Notes under the pieces: model-generated
Seen by the model: only the letters and a program-made list of their open reading frames with translations
What the model was told of the DNA's origin: nothing
The model's database searches: none
Made by a program: the position numbers and the translations under genes
NCBI GenBank assembly: GCA_965226885.1
Contig: CBDDEL010000013.1
Span: 98,480 to 162,479 of the forward strand
Reading direction: 5' to 3'
DNA: 64,000 nucleotides
DNA from: Opitutales bacterium
GTDB taxonomy: Bacteria > Verrucomicrobiota > Verrucomicrobiia > Opitutales > UBA2987
In this document: positions 29,959 to 39,582 of the stretch, piece after piece
Numbering within the stretch: position 1 is the stretch's first letter
How the letters are laid out: every line of letters begins with the position of its first letter

Positions 29959-31786
29959 GAGGCTGTCCCAAAAGGGTGATTTTTGCGAGGGCTTTTGATA
30001 GGCGCTCATTTTAGAGGTATTTGCATTTGGGAGAGTATCAACTTTGCTCTCCTATGACGTTAGGATACTGGTTTTGGGGTCCGGTTGCCTGGTTTTCTTT
30101 GTATGAGCCGACAGTACGGCTGTGAAAAAGTATTGTCCTTGCTTTTCCGCTCTCTAGGCCGCCGCTTTGGTTTTTAGTTCGTCTTGCTGGGCCAGCATCT
30201 TGGCTACTTTCCATAGGTTGTGCGAGAGTACCGACCAGGCTACGCTGATCGAGCGGTTGGCAAAGCCTTTGCTGCGCAACCGCCCGGCCTGCCAGCGATT
30301 CTTCAATACCCCGATCCGCCCTTCGGTGCTGGCCCGGCGCTTTTGCAATTGTCTGAACAGTGGTTCCTCCATCCGTTTTTTCAACTGCTTCGGATCGCGT
30401 GGACAGAGCGCGTCGTAGATTCCCTCCTGGGCTAACTGCCGGCGGGCCCGCTGGGAGGCAAATCCCCGGTCCGCGCACATGGCCGCTATGGGTTCTTCCA
30501 GGTTGAAGCGGTTCTGTCTTTGCAAACTCTCTTGCATTTGTTCATTTTCGCTTGGAGTTCGGCTGCCGTAGAGTTTCCAGTCCAGCAGGTACCCTTCAAC
30601 GCTTTCTCCCAAAAACAGGGTGTTGCCGAACTCGACCTCTTGGCCCGCTTTACCTCGCACAATCACCTGCACATCGAGTTCGTAAACACTCAAGACTTTC
30701 TCTGCGTTTTTCACCTGCCGGCCGCCAATGATCCGCTCGTGCGCCTGTTTGATGACCACCGGGATTTGCTCGCTCATGCGCTCCATCCGGGCGAGGATCT
30801 GTTGGACCTGTTTTTCGCTGTAATCGCTTTGCTCCCAGCAGGCTTGCAATAATTCCCGGTGACTGCGGGCATGCTCCCCGATCCGTTTGAGCAGCTTTTT
30901 CATCTGCCTCAAGATACCCTTGCGCTGCCGCGCGCTGTCCTTTCGCCGCCGGCTGTGGGTCATCTGTATGCACAGCCGATTCATCTGCCGAGCCAAGGGC
31001 TCCGGTTCGATCGGCATGCGATGGCGCACACCGGCCTTCTCGCGGATCAGCCGGATCGCTTTGAGCAACGTGCCGGCTACATCCTTGAGTAATACCCAGT
31101 CCGTCGGCCAATGAATGTTAGCCTCCAAACAGGTGCCGTCGATCAGGCAAATGGTGGTGTCAATCGGCTTGTCCAATCCCACCTGCCGGGCCAGAAGGGC
31201 ATCGCCCACCACCTCAGTCAAGGTCCGGTGCAAGGCCCTCAACTGCTCTTCGCTGAAAAACTTCGAGGCCCGCTCCAGGGTGCTTTTGGAGATGCCCCTG
31301 ATGCCATCGATCTGCCGGACACGGCAAAAGTCGGCCAACAGATCGCTGCTGCCCAGAGCCCGCGACAAATGCCGAAACGAAATCCCTCCGAGCAGACGGC
31401 CCAGCGTATCCATGCGCAGTGCCTTGATGGCAAAACTGGCCCGCTGCCGCCGGGCCTTTAGACCCATTGGCGGCCACCCCTCCAAGGCCAGCTCAATGGC
31501 CTGCGATTCCACCTCCGAGTCGATCAGCAGCCGATCGATTCGATCAATGGTGGCGCGGAAGTTATCGTAATCGAGGCACCGGTCGACCACAGTTAAAGCT
31601 GGACGCAGGAGGCATTGGATGGCTATATTTTTCATAGAAAGGGCATAGAAAGGGCTATATTGATTTTCGCTAACTCAATTATAGAACCCTTTTTTGGCCG
31701 GATCGAGCAAAAACTTGCTCTTTCCGGCTCTTTTTATCAACGTCATCCAGTTGACTATAAAATCTTTATATTTTTGGGACAGCCTC
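29959..31786 (-). mobile_element. IS5-family insertion sequence, copy A (complete)
   Basis: Perfect terminal inverted repeat GAGGCTGTCCCAAAA at both ends, flanked by TA at 29957-29958 and 31787-31788. Confidence 0.9.
30154..31635 (-). CDS. IS5-family DDE transposase
   Basis: DGTCLEANIHWPTD, RGKAGQEVEFG, ADRGF, RRASTEGRIG; on the minus strand (CAT at 31633-31635, CTA at 30154-30156) although the ORF track labels it +. Confidence 0.88.
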   Translation of the reverse strand: MKNIAIQCLLRPALTVVDRCLDYDNFRATIDRIDRLLIDSEVESQAIELALEGWPPMGLKARRQRASFAIKALRMDTLGRLLGGISFRHLSRALGSSDLLADFCRVRQIDGIRGISKSTLERASKFFSEEQLRALHRTLTEVVGDALLARQVGLDKPIDTTICLIDGTCLEANIHWPTDWVLLKDVAGTLLKAIRLIREKAGVRHRMPIEPEPLARQMNRLCIQMTHSRRRKDSARQRKGILRQMKKLLKRIGEHARSHRELLQACWEQSDYSEKQVQQILARMERMSEQIPVVIKQAHERIIGGRQVKNAEKVLSVYELDVQVIVRGKAGQEVEFGNTLFLGESVEGYLLDWKLYGSRTPSENEQMQESLQRQNRFNLEEPIAAMCADRGFASQRARRQLAQEGIYDALCPRDPKQLKKRMEEPLFRQLQKRRASTEGRIGVLKNRWQAGRLRSKGFANRSISVAWSVLSHNLWKVAKMLAQQDELKTKAAA

Positions 31787-31949
31787 TAGGATAGCAATGC
31801 TCCGGGATCGGATAATCCCAGTAAAAGCATTATTTTACTTTTTTCTGGATTTCCCGGAAAAATCGGTTTTTACTCTTTTACTCTTTTTGCTGTATTAAAG
31901 AAAAAACCAAATTTTTTCGGGGGAGTTGCTGGCGACGGGAGCCCTCTTT

Positions 31950-32153
31950 TTATTTGTAAATTGCTGGTTCCTCCAATCTTTTCATGGCGTCTATAAGCGC
32001 GGTTCTGCGGTATAGGCGGCGCTTCCCCAGCTTGATTTCTGGGATCAGCTTTCGGTTCACGTAGTTTATGAAACCCTTCGGGGAAACGCCGATGAATTTC
32101 GCGGCTTGTGGTCTCCCCATGATTTCTGGGACGGTTTGTATTTCAGCGTTCAT
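31950..32153 (-). CDS. Excisionase-like helix-turn-helix protein
   Basis: 67 aa, IMGRPQAAKFIGVS...LIPEIKLGKRRLYRR pattern; near an integrase. Confidence 0.75.
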   Translation of the reverse strand: MNAEIQTVPEIMGRPQAAKFIGVSPKGFINYVNRKLIPEIKLGKRRLYRRTALIDAMKRLEEPAIYK

Positions 32154-32457
32154 TATCAACTGTATTTTGTCCTTTCTGTTCAGGTTCTTATTTGCTTATT
32201 CTGGGAGCAGCTACAAAATCCTACTCATAGTTTAGTCATAATGCTGGGCCCCAGTAAACCACCGCCAAGAAGGAACTTTGAGGATTTGCTTTCTTTTTAT
32301 AATTACGGATAATTACGGCTAAAAACGTTAGCAATGGAGGACGATAACTATCTTATTATTAAAGTATTATGACATCTATCCCTTCTTTCGTGCAAAAGTG
32401 CAAAAGCGGGAGGTCCAACCCATTCACAAAATCGGGCATTTTTTTACAAACAATGTC

Positions 32458-32930
32458 TTATTGGCAATTTGTGAATTCCCCCAGAACGAAATCCTTCAAG
32501 TCCATCTGCGGCGGCATTTTGGGACCGATGCCGATGCGGTAGCGGACAAAATCCTCCTCAAAGTAATCTAATACGTCCTCCAGGCCATTATTGTCTCCTG
32601 CCCCGCCGCCCACGGAAATTTTTACTCTCCCCAGATCGATCTGAATTTCGTCGCACGCCACCACCAAATCCACAGCGCAAATTTTATAATACCGGCAAAC
32701 CGCTCCCAGGGGGCCGCCGTTGTCGTTCATATAGGTTGTGGGAACGACCAGGAGAACGCCTCTACCCTCGACTTCACAGCGGGCGACCCGGGCCTTCCAG
32801 CGCGATTCCTCCTTGAACTCCGCCCTCAACCGGTCAGCGCCGAAGCCTCCACCGCCGCACGTCCAATATTATGACGAGTGTGGCGGTATTTCAAACCGGG
32901 ATTTCCCAAACCCGCGATGAGTGATATCAG
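32458..32930 (-). pseudogene. pth: Degenerate peptidyl-tRNA hydrolase (frameshifted, motifs eroded, probably truncated)
   Basis: GLGNPG..Y.HTRHNIG, then a frameshift near 32843 into TTYMN...CDEI...GDNNG (for GGHNG)...RIGIGP; start uncertain. Confidence 0.8.
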
Positions 32931-32985
32931 ATAATTGGGACACCCCCTAGAAAACTAGCAAATCTGTCGCCATGCCTATGTTCCA

Positions 32986-34290
32986 CTACCCAACAACCTT
33001 GGGAAACGCCACTAGCTTGCCGTCGATGCTCGCTGGGGTAATGGCAAAATATCTTTCGCCGTCCTTTTTGGTAGCGAGGGAGCGGTAGTGGTCAAAAAGA
33101 ACTTGATCATCTCCTCGATGGCCCAGGAGAGCCGCCGTCCTTTGGGCATCCTGGGTTTTTGCGAACATATACGAACCGAATGAATGCCTCATCGAGTTCG
33201 TATGAGTCCCCTTCCAATCGGGGAAGCCCGCTAACACGCCCAGGACTTTGAATTTTTTCAATGCACCCGGAGGTGCAATTTTACCGGCTTTTCTTTCGAC
33301 CAGGCGAAGCCATTGAAGGCAATTTTCTTCCAGGTCGATATTCCTGAGCCGCCTTTTCTTGGCAATGGTGTGCGGGATGGTGGCTAATGTGTGCGGGATG
33401 GTGGCTAATTTCCTATCAAGGCTGATATGCCTCCAATCCAATTGGTTCAATTCACTTGAACGTATTCCGGCGAACAGGCCCAGGGCAACGTATGGTAGGA
33501 GTCCAAGGCCGGAAGGCTTTTCATTGCCCTTGTAATGCGTCTTGTGGGCCGTTCTGATAAGCCTTTGGGCTTCCTGTATGGTGAGAACGCAGGGTGGAAT
33601 CCAATCCTCCTTTGGGATGGGGATTTTGTTTACGGGGTTGAGTGAAAGATACCCCTGGCCGATGGCATAATTAAAAAATGTGGACACACTGAGCCGGTAG
33701 TTTTTGCGACTCCTGGCGGAAAGCAATTGCATCCCCTTGAGCCAACCCTTGATCTCCTTTTGGGATATGTCCTTTACTTGGCTGTGCCCGAATGTGTTGG
33801 CAAATATGCCGAGCCGTGATCTAAGGTCTCTGAGGGAGCGTTCCCGCAGGTTCATGGTGGCTTTTTCCTCAAGGAATTGGGTGAGTAGGTCTTGAACCGT
33901 GATCTCCCCGGCTGGCGGTTTCAGATGCTTTACTGCGAATCTGGCCGCGCTGATAAGGCTGATCTCAGTTCCCTGTAGGATGTTGATGGCTTGTAAAGCT
34001 TCCTCCCTTTGGGGTGAGGTGAGGGCAAAGTGCCGTTCCCCGTATTGTTGTTTGCCGCTGAATTCCTGCTCCGCAAATTTGAAAGCGGCTTCTTTGGTGG
34101 GAAATTGCCGAAGTATCCTTTTTGTGCCTGAAACCCGCCTTGGAATGCAAACACGGTAGGAGCCGTTGTAATCCTTCCCAAGTGTCCGGTTGATAATCTC
34201 CCCAATAGTTATCTTACTTCCTTTGGGAAACTCCCAAACCTTCAGATTGGGATGTTTTTTCCTGTTATCATTCCTTGCCGTCATAGGCAT
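32986..34290 (-). CDS. Tyrosine recombinase/phage-type integrase
   Basis: GLFAGIRSSEL, NSMRHSF, LGH, DHY; directly downstream of the tRNA 3' end; carries an in-frame LATIPHT x2 duplication. Confidence 0.9.
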   Translation of the reverse strand: MPMTARNDNRKKHPNLKVWEFPKGSKITIGEIINRTLGKDYNGSYRVCIPRRVSGTKRILRQFPTKEAAFKFAEQEFSGKQQYGERHFALTSPQREEALQAINILQGTEISLISAARFAVKHLKPPAGEITVQDLLTQFLEEKATMNLRERSLRDLRSRLGIFANTFGHSQVKDISQKEIKGWLKGMQLLSARSRKNYRLSVSTFFNYAIGQGYLSLNPVNKIPIPKEDWIPPCVLTIQEAQRLIRTAHKTHYKGNEKPSGLGLLPYVALGLFAGIRSSELNQLDWRHISLDRKLATIPHTLATIPHTIAKKRRLRNIDLEENCLQWLRLVERKAGKIAPPGALKKFKVLGVLAGFPDWKGTHTNSMRHSFGSYMFAKTQDAQRTAALLGHRGDDQVLFDHYRSLATKKDGERYFAITPASIDGKLVAFPKVVG

Positions 34291-34414
34291 TACTATGCCC
34301 TAAGATACCAGAAAAGCAAGGATTATTTAAAGGAATTGTAAGGAGATTAAATATAAGAATAAGGAAATATATACATAACATATTGGATATAAATAATTTA
34401 ACAGCTCTATAAAA

Positions 34415-34492
34415 TGGGGTGGCTGACGGGATTTGAACCCGCGACCCCCGGGACCACAACCCGGTACTCTAACCAACTGAGCTACAACCACC
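34415..34492 (-). tRNA. tRNA-His (GTG)
   Basis: Cloverleaf G(-1)GTGGTTG...CAGCCAC C CCA, D-arm AGCTCAGTTGGTTAGAGT, anticodon loop TTGTGGT, T-loop GGTTCAAATCC. Confidence 0.95.
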
Positions 34493-34707
34493 ATTTGCTG
34501 CCTGCATTTCTATGCCTCGAGTCGTATGGTCGAGGAATAGTGTGAGGGGAATGTAATCAAGCGTTTCCCGGCCGGTTGTCAATACCTTCTCTGGATTTCA
34601 TGATTAATGCGAATGGTGGTGGGTTTCCGCTTGCCGGTGGTTTTTATAGTGTTGAAATTGAAACGGAATCAGGTCCATTGAAATTTTTAATTTCATTTAA
34701 TTTCATT

Positions 34708-35466
34708 ATGTGCGGAAGATACACTTTAACGGCAAAGCGGGAGGAGCTGGCGCGAAAATTTTTGCTCAAGCCTGTCCGGCAGGAGGTTTTGCAGGATTTT
34801 AAGCCCCGCTTCAATATCGCGCCGAGCCAGCAGGTGGTGGCCATTTTGGAGGATGGCGAAAGTGACATTGAACGGGTGGCATGCCGGCGCAGGTGGGGGC
34901 TTGTGCCGTTTTGGGCCAAGGATTTGAATAGTGGCTACAAAATGTTCAATGCCCGCAGTGAAACGGCGGCTGAAAAACCGGCTTTTCGGAATGCGGTCAA
35001 AAACCGGCGGTGTATTTTACCGGCCAGCGGTTTCTTCGAATGGCAGCGTGGAGATGGGCAAAAACCAAAAACGCCTTACTTTTTCTATCCCATTGACGGA
35101 GAGCCTCTTGCCATGGCCGGATTGTGGGAAACTTGGAAGGATCCGGGGTCGGGCCCCGAAGGCAAGACTGTCAAGTCCTGCTGCATTTTGACGACCGGAC
35201 CCAATTCAGTGATGGCGCCGATTCACGACCGCATGCCGGTTTTTTTGGAAGAAAAGGATTTCGATTGCTGGTTAGACAGGAAAATGACCACACCGGAAAA
35301 GCTGAAGCCATTGTTCAAATCGTGCCGGGAGGATTTGTTGGGGCGCCGCCCGATTTCCACATTGGTCAACAGCGCCAAAAACGACGGTCCGGAAATTCTG
35401 GCGGAAATCGATCCGAAGACCGGCTATTTTGTTGAAGAACCCGACTTTGGAGATTTGTTCAAATAA
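34708..35466 (+). CDS. SOS response-associated peptidase (SRAP/YedK/HMCES family)
   Basis: MCGRY N-terminus (Cys2), RFNIAPSQ, WGLVPFW, FNARSET, GFFEW, HDRMPV. Confidence 0.93.
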   Translation: MCGRYTLTAKREELARKFLLKPVRQEVLQDFKPRFNIAPSQQVVAILEDGESDIERVACRRRWGLVPFWAKDLNSGYKMFNARSETAAEKPAFRNAVKNRRCILPASGFFEWQRGDGQKPKTPYFFYPIDGEPLAMAGLWETWKDPGSGPEGKTVKSCCILTTGPNSVMAPIHDRMPVFLEEKDFDCWLDRKMTTPEKLKPLFKSCREDLLGRRPISTLVNSAKNDGPEILAEIDPKTGYFVEEPDFGDLFK

Positions 35467-35566
35467 ATCTGATTCAGGTCGCAAACAGCAGACTTGAAAT
35501 TCTTTTGATTAGTTTGATAGCCTCAGTGCCTTGTGCCTTAATAAATTTTGGAACCACCCTATTGCC

Positions 35567-35785
35567 ATGCCTATCTACGAGTATCAGTGTGAGGATTGCG
35601 GCCATACCTTTGAAAAATTGGTGCGCTCTTCAACCAATTCCCAATGTCCGCAATGCCAAAGCAAAAACCTGGAAAAGATGTTTTCCACCTTTGCCGCCGG
35701 CGCCAGCTCGAGCGGCGGAGCTTCGGAATCCATGCCCGAATGCCGAACCTGTGGCATTCCTGGGGGACCATGCGGATTAAATTAA
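35567..35785 (+). CDS. FmdB-family zinc-ribbon protein
   Basis: MPIYEYQCEDCGHTFE...CPQC. Confidence 0.88.
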   Translation: MPIYEYQCEDCGHTFEKLVRSSTNSQCPQCQSKNLEKMFSTFAAGASSSGGASESMPECRTCGIPGGPCGLN

Positions 35786-36765
35786 ACCTCTTGCCAGGGA
35801 ATTTGGCCGGAATCCTAAGAGGCTTGGCTTTTATTGGTTTGCTGGCGGGCCCAGTATCTTCCCTGATTGGCAAGGAACCTTCTTCACCGGTCAAAGAAAC
35901 AGCGGCAGCGGCCGCGGCCCATACCGCGAATAAAAATTCTGGTCAGGCCGAAGAAAACATTTCGTTTTCCGAGAAAAAACTCCTCGCCGTTGTTGCAAAA
36001 CAGGAAGAGCTTTTGGCCCGATACTCCGTCAAAAAGGAGTTGAGCCAATACGATATGGAAGATTTGCGATTTCGAGCCCGAAACCTGACTCAAGAATACG
36101 AATCCATCATAGCCGAATCCCCCGAGGACTTGATGCCCTACCTCCTCTATGGTAAATTTCTTAACCGGATCGGCCAGCAGGAGCACGCCGTGCGAATGTT
36201 TCTCAAAGCGGACGAGATTGATCGCGGCGTGGCCGTGGTGAAACAGCAAATTGGTAATTACCTGGCCGAGATGGGGAAGTTCGAGGAGGCTCTCGGTTTT
36301 TTTATCCAGGCCATTTTGCTTAGCCCGGAAACGGCCCTATACCATTACCAGATGGCTGAACTGTTGAGTGTTTACAAGGAGAGTTTCATTGAGGAAAGAG
36401 TCTATTTCCGGGATGTTTTGGAATATGAAATGATGAAGTCTTTTTCCCAGGCGGTGCAGCTAGATCCCAAAAACCAGGATTTCAAAATGCGCTACGCCGA
36501 GAGCATCTATGACCTGGAAAAACCCGATTGGGAACTGGCCTTGAGTTTGTGGGAGGAATTGCAGGAATCGGCCAGGACTTCTTTGATGAGGGAAGCGGCC
36601 AGCCTTCATCGGGCCAAAGTCATCTCCAAGCTGGATCGCACCGAGGAGGCCAAGTCTCTGGCCGAGGCCGTCACCGATCCGGCATTAATCAACAGCCGCG
36701 ACGAGCTTTTGGCGGAAATACAGGCAATGGCTAAAGATAAACCTGAGGAAGTTGTTGTAAAATAG
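35770..36765 (+). CDS. Exported TPR-repeat protein
   Basis: Hydrophobic signal; TPR-like helices (YGKFLNRIGQQEHA, IGNYLAEMGKFEEALGFF). Confidence 0.7.
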   Translation: MRIKLNLLPGNLAGILRGLAFIGLLAGPVSSLIGKEPSSPVKETAAAAAAHTANKNSGQAEENISFSEKKLLAVVAKQEELLARYSVKKELSQYDMEDLRFRARNLTQEYESIIAESPEDLMPYLLYGKFLNRIGQQEHAVRMFLKADEIDRGVAVVKQQIGNYLAEMGKFEEALGFFIQAILLSPETALYHYQMAELLSVYKESFIEERVYFRDVLEYEMMKSFSQAVQLDPKNQDFKMRYAESIYDLEKPDWELALSLWEELQESARTSLMREAASLHRAKVISKLDRTEEAKSLAEAVTDPALINSRDELLAEIQAMAKDKPEEVVVK

Positions 36766-36767
36766 CG

Positions 36768-37685
36768 ATGAGACGAATCGGAATAATCGAAAACGAAAAA
36801 GAAGCCCGCAAATTCGGGGATTATCTTTTCACGCTGGGTTACGAAAACCGGGTGGACGACTTCGACCACGGCTGGGCGGTCTGGATTGAGGACGAAGACA
36901 AGATCGAGGCGGCTGGTGTGGAAATCCGGGAGTTCATTAAAGATCCTGACAATCCCAAATTCAGCGGGGCAGAAGAGTCGGCTTCAAAAATACGCAAAAA
37001 AGTCCATCGGGAAGAAAAGCGGTGGCGGGGCATGCAAAAGGACCTGCGGGCGACATTCCACCAGATGGCCGGGATGCCACCGAAAGTGACTATGGCTATG
37101 ATAATCATCAGCCTGGCGGTGGCTTTGCTGACAAAACTCGGTCAAGACAAAGCGGGCTCGGTTATGGCGTTGTTTTCCATCGCAACTTATGTTTTCGACG
37201 GTTTTTACATCAAATGGGAAGGCTTGAGCCAACTGGCCAGCGGCCAGATCTGGCGGTTGTTTACGCCCATGTTTATACACTTCGGAATGATACACCTCCT
37301 TTTTAATATGCTCTGGCTGCACGATTTGGGGCGAATGATCGAGAGCCGTAAGGGGCATAAGTTTTTCATCTGGATGGTTCTGGCCGTAGCGGGTTTTTCC
37401 AATTTAGCCCAATATTTCACTAGCGGCCCAAATTTCGGAGGAATGTCCGGGGTGGTATACGGTTTGCTGGGATATGTCTGGATGAAAATGAAATTCCAGC
37501 CCGAGGAAGGTCTCTTCATCAGTTCGACCATTTTGTGGTTTATGATGGGTTGGCTGGTGCTTTGTTTTACCGGGGCGCTGGGCGCGGTTGCAAATACCGT
37601 CCACACCGTTGGCTTAGTGGTGGGACTCATTTTTGGCTACTTCCCAACGGCCCGTCAAAAGTGGCGGCGCGCCCGGCGCGGATAG
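36768..37685 (+). CDS. Rhomboid intramembrane serine protease (GlpG-like)
   Basis: WRLFTPMFIHFG..HLLFN, GGMSGVVYG (Ser), VHTVG (His). Confidence 0.9.
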   Translation: MRRIGIIENEKEARKFGDYLFTLGYENRVDDFDHGWAVWIEDEDKIEAAGVEIREFIKDPDNPKFSGAEESASKIRKKVHREEKRWRGMQKDLRATFHQMAGMPPKVTMAMIIISLAVALLTKLGQDKAGSVMALFSIATYVFDGFYIKWEGLSQLASGQIWRLFTPMFIHFGMIHLLFNMLWLHDLGRMIESRKGHKFFIWMVLAVAGFSNLAQYFTSGPNFGGMSGVVYGLLGYVWMKMKFQPEEGLFISSTILWFMMGWLVLCFTGALGAVANTVHTVGLVVGLIFGYFPTARQKWRRARRG

Positions 37686-37702
37686 TTCTTACCTTGCCTT
37701 GA

Positions 37703-38137
37703 CTAACCGGAAAAGGATTCAGGTAAAATGAAAGTTCGTCTGGCCAGGCTGGAAAATAGAACTTCCGTCCGGTAATATCGGCTCAAGATGGAGTCCTGCC
37801 AGTTCAACAAATCGGAATTTTCTTCGGCAAACGTTTCCCAATCCATATTTCTATCGGGAGATGATTCCATCCGCTCTTCAACCAAAAATATGAAAGCCCA
37901 GGTGATGGTTTCGTGGTAGAGGTTCTCTTTGCCGTTGGCTCGGGCGAAGTTTTCTATGCCCCGCGAATACCGCGTCAGCGTCTCGGGAACGGTATAATTT
38001 TGCAAATACAGCCAGGACAGCCAGGCCAAACGGATATGGTCCCGATGGCGAAAATTCTCCGGGGCAAGCGTAGCATCCTCGAAGGCTCGAATGAATGCCT
38101 CGTCTTCATCCACGATAGTATTTGTTGCGCAAATCAT
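37703..38137 (-). CDS. Conserved hypothetical protein (H-rich: FRHRDHIR, YHETIT)
   Basis: 144-aa ORF; in-frame 9-bp duplication at 38008-38025 (LAWLSWLY). Confidence 0.65.
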   Translation of the reverse strand: MICATNTIVDEDEAFIRAFEDATLAPENFRHRDHIRLAWLSWLYLQNYTVPETLTRYSRGIENFARANGKENLYHETITWAFIFLVEERMESSPDRNMDWETFAEENSDLLNWQDSILSRYYRTEVLFSSLARRTFILPESFSG

Positions 38138-38185
38138 AGAAATACCTCCCTCCGTGGTTAAAAAATGAATTCAATTCGAGCAAGT

Positions 38186-38458
38186 TCACGACTCCTTTTC
38201 CAGAAGGCGGTGGCTAGCCTCCGAGCCGAGGTCCAGGCCGTAGATGCGCTTGAGGTCCGCGATTAGCTTCTGGGATTCATCGCCAAAAGGGCATTTCCCC
38301 TCGAAAACGTGCAAAATGATGCCCTCCAGCAGATCACCCAAGGTCATGTCATAATATTCCGCCAAAGCTTTTAGTACCTTCAGAATCCGTTTTTCAACGC
38401 GAATCCCGGTCTGCACACGTTCAACAATGAATTTCTCTTTTTTATCCGATTTTTTCAC
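38186..38458 (-). CDS. Small hypothetical protein, possibly ribbon-helix-helix DNA-binding
   Basis: VERVQTGIRVEKRILKVLKALAEYYDMTLGDLLEGI: beta-strand followed by two helices. Confidence 0.6.
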   Translation of the reverse strand: MKKSDKKEKFIVERVQTGIRVEKRILKVLKALAEYYDMTLGDLLEGIILHVFEGKCPFGDESQKLIADLKRIYGLDLGSEASHRLLEKES

Positions 38459-38669
38459 AGCGATTTTATTGTTATTCAGTTATTAAAAGAGTATAAATAT
38501 ACATAAATACATATATATTTAATAATGTCAAGCACGCGATGAAAAAAATATTCTCACAGAGAAACAGCGGCACAAAGATGAAAAGGGGGAATCTAAATGG
38601 ATCCTTTTCCAAACCGCAGATATCTCTATTTTCTGCTTACCTAGGAAATGTAGCTATATAGAACCAAAC

Positions 38670-39494
38670 TCACGGGCTGTTGCCCCAGCGGAGTTTGGTT
38701 CTTACGAGGGTAAAGTGGGTGTAGCCTTTTTCCTGGATGAGGGGGAAGGTTTTTTTGGAGATGGTGATGGCGAGGGGAAATTCGCTCGAGGGGCAGTTCC
38801 AGGCTTTTCCGTCGATGCTCACTTCTACCCGGCTCTGGCTTTCGTGCAGGCGGATTTGCAGGCGGGTGTCGTGATCGAAGATGACGCTGCGGTTGCTCAG
38901 GGTATGGGGGCAGATGGGCGTCATGGCGATGACTTTGGCCGCCGGGTGGACGAGGGGGCCGCCGGCGGAGAGGTTGTAGGCCGTCGATCCGGTCGGGGTG
39001 GCGAAAATAAGGCCGTCGCCAAAATAGTCGTTCACAACCTTTCCATCGGACAACACTTCCAGTTCCACCAGGCCGGGAGCGGCGCTTTTGATGACGATGT
39101 CGTTGAGGGCGATGGCAGCCCGGCCGCGTGAGTTGCGGCACTCCAGCATGGTGCGGGAGAATACGCGGTAATTTCCCTTGAGCAGCGAGGTGAACCGGGT
39201 TGGGGCTTCCTCTGCCGAGCAGGTGGCCAGGAATCCCAGTTTGCCCAGGTTGACGCCGATGACGGGAACCTGGTGGGCGACGGCTTGCTCGACAACCCCC
39301 AGGAGCGTGCCGTCCCCGCCGATAACGCAGCAGGCTCCGGCCCCGCGCAGGAAGTTCCGGGGCAGGGGAAAGCGGGTGGTGAGCCGCGTGGCGACCCCCG
39401 CCTGGCGGGCCAGGGTTTTGAGGGAGTTGGCCAGCTCCGGCGCGCCGGGTTTGCCTTTGTTAACGACAAAGACGATGGACTGAATCGGTTTCAC
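38670..39494 (-). CDS. nadK: NAD(+) kinase
   Basis: GGDGT, GVNLGKLGFL, NDIV, GDGLIFATPTGSTAYNLSAGGP; GTG start chosen, uncertain. Confidence 0.92.
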   Translation of the reverse strand: MKPIQSIVFVVNKGKPGAPELANSLKTLARQAGVATRLTTRFPLPRNFLRGAGACCVIGGDGTLLGVVEQAVAHQVPVIGVNLGKLGFLATCSAEEAPTRFTSLLKGNYRVFSRTMLECRNSRGRAAIALNDIVIKSAAPGLVELEVLSDGKVVNDYFGDGLIFATPTGSTAYNLSAGGPLVHPAAKVIAMTPICPHTLSNRSVIFDHDTRLQIRLHESQSRVEVSIDGKAWNCPSSEFPLAITISKKTFPLIQEKGYTHFTLVRTKLRWGNSP

Positions 39495-39582
39495 GGCACT
39501 TTTATTAATTATTAAAAAATAGGCTCCAGGCCAAATGATTTTCTTAATTATTTCCCGTTTGGCAACTTTCAATATCCTGGCT

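Noticed and set aside
30154-31635. ORF track labels the 493-aa transposase as + strand
   Set aside because: The given translation matches only the reverse complement (CAT at 31633-31635, CTA at 30154-30156), so I report it on the minus strand.
31920-31945. GGCGACGGGA as the second att site of the tRNA-His island
   Set aside because: It is only a short gapped match to the tRNA 3' end (GGCTGACGGGA) and lies inside the presumed element; too weak.
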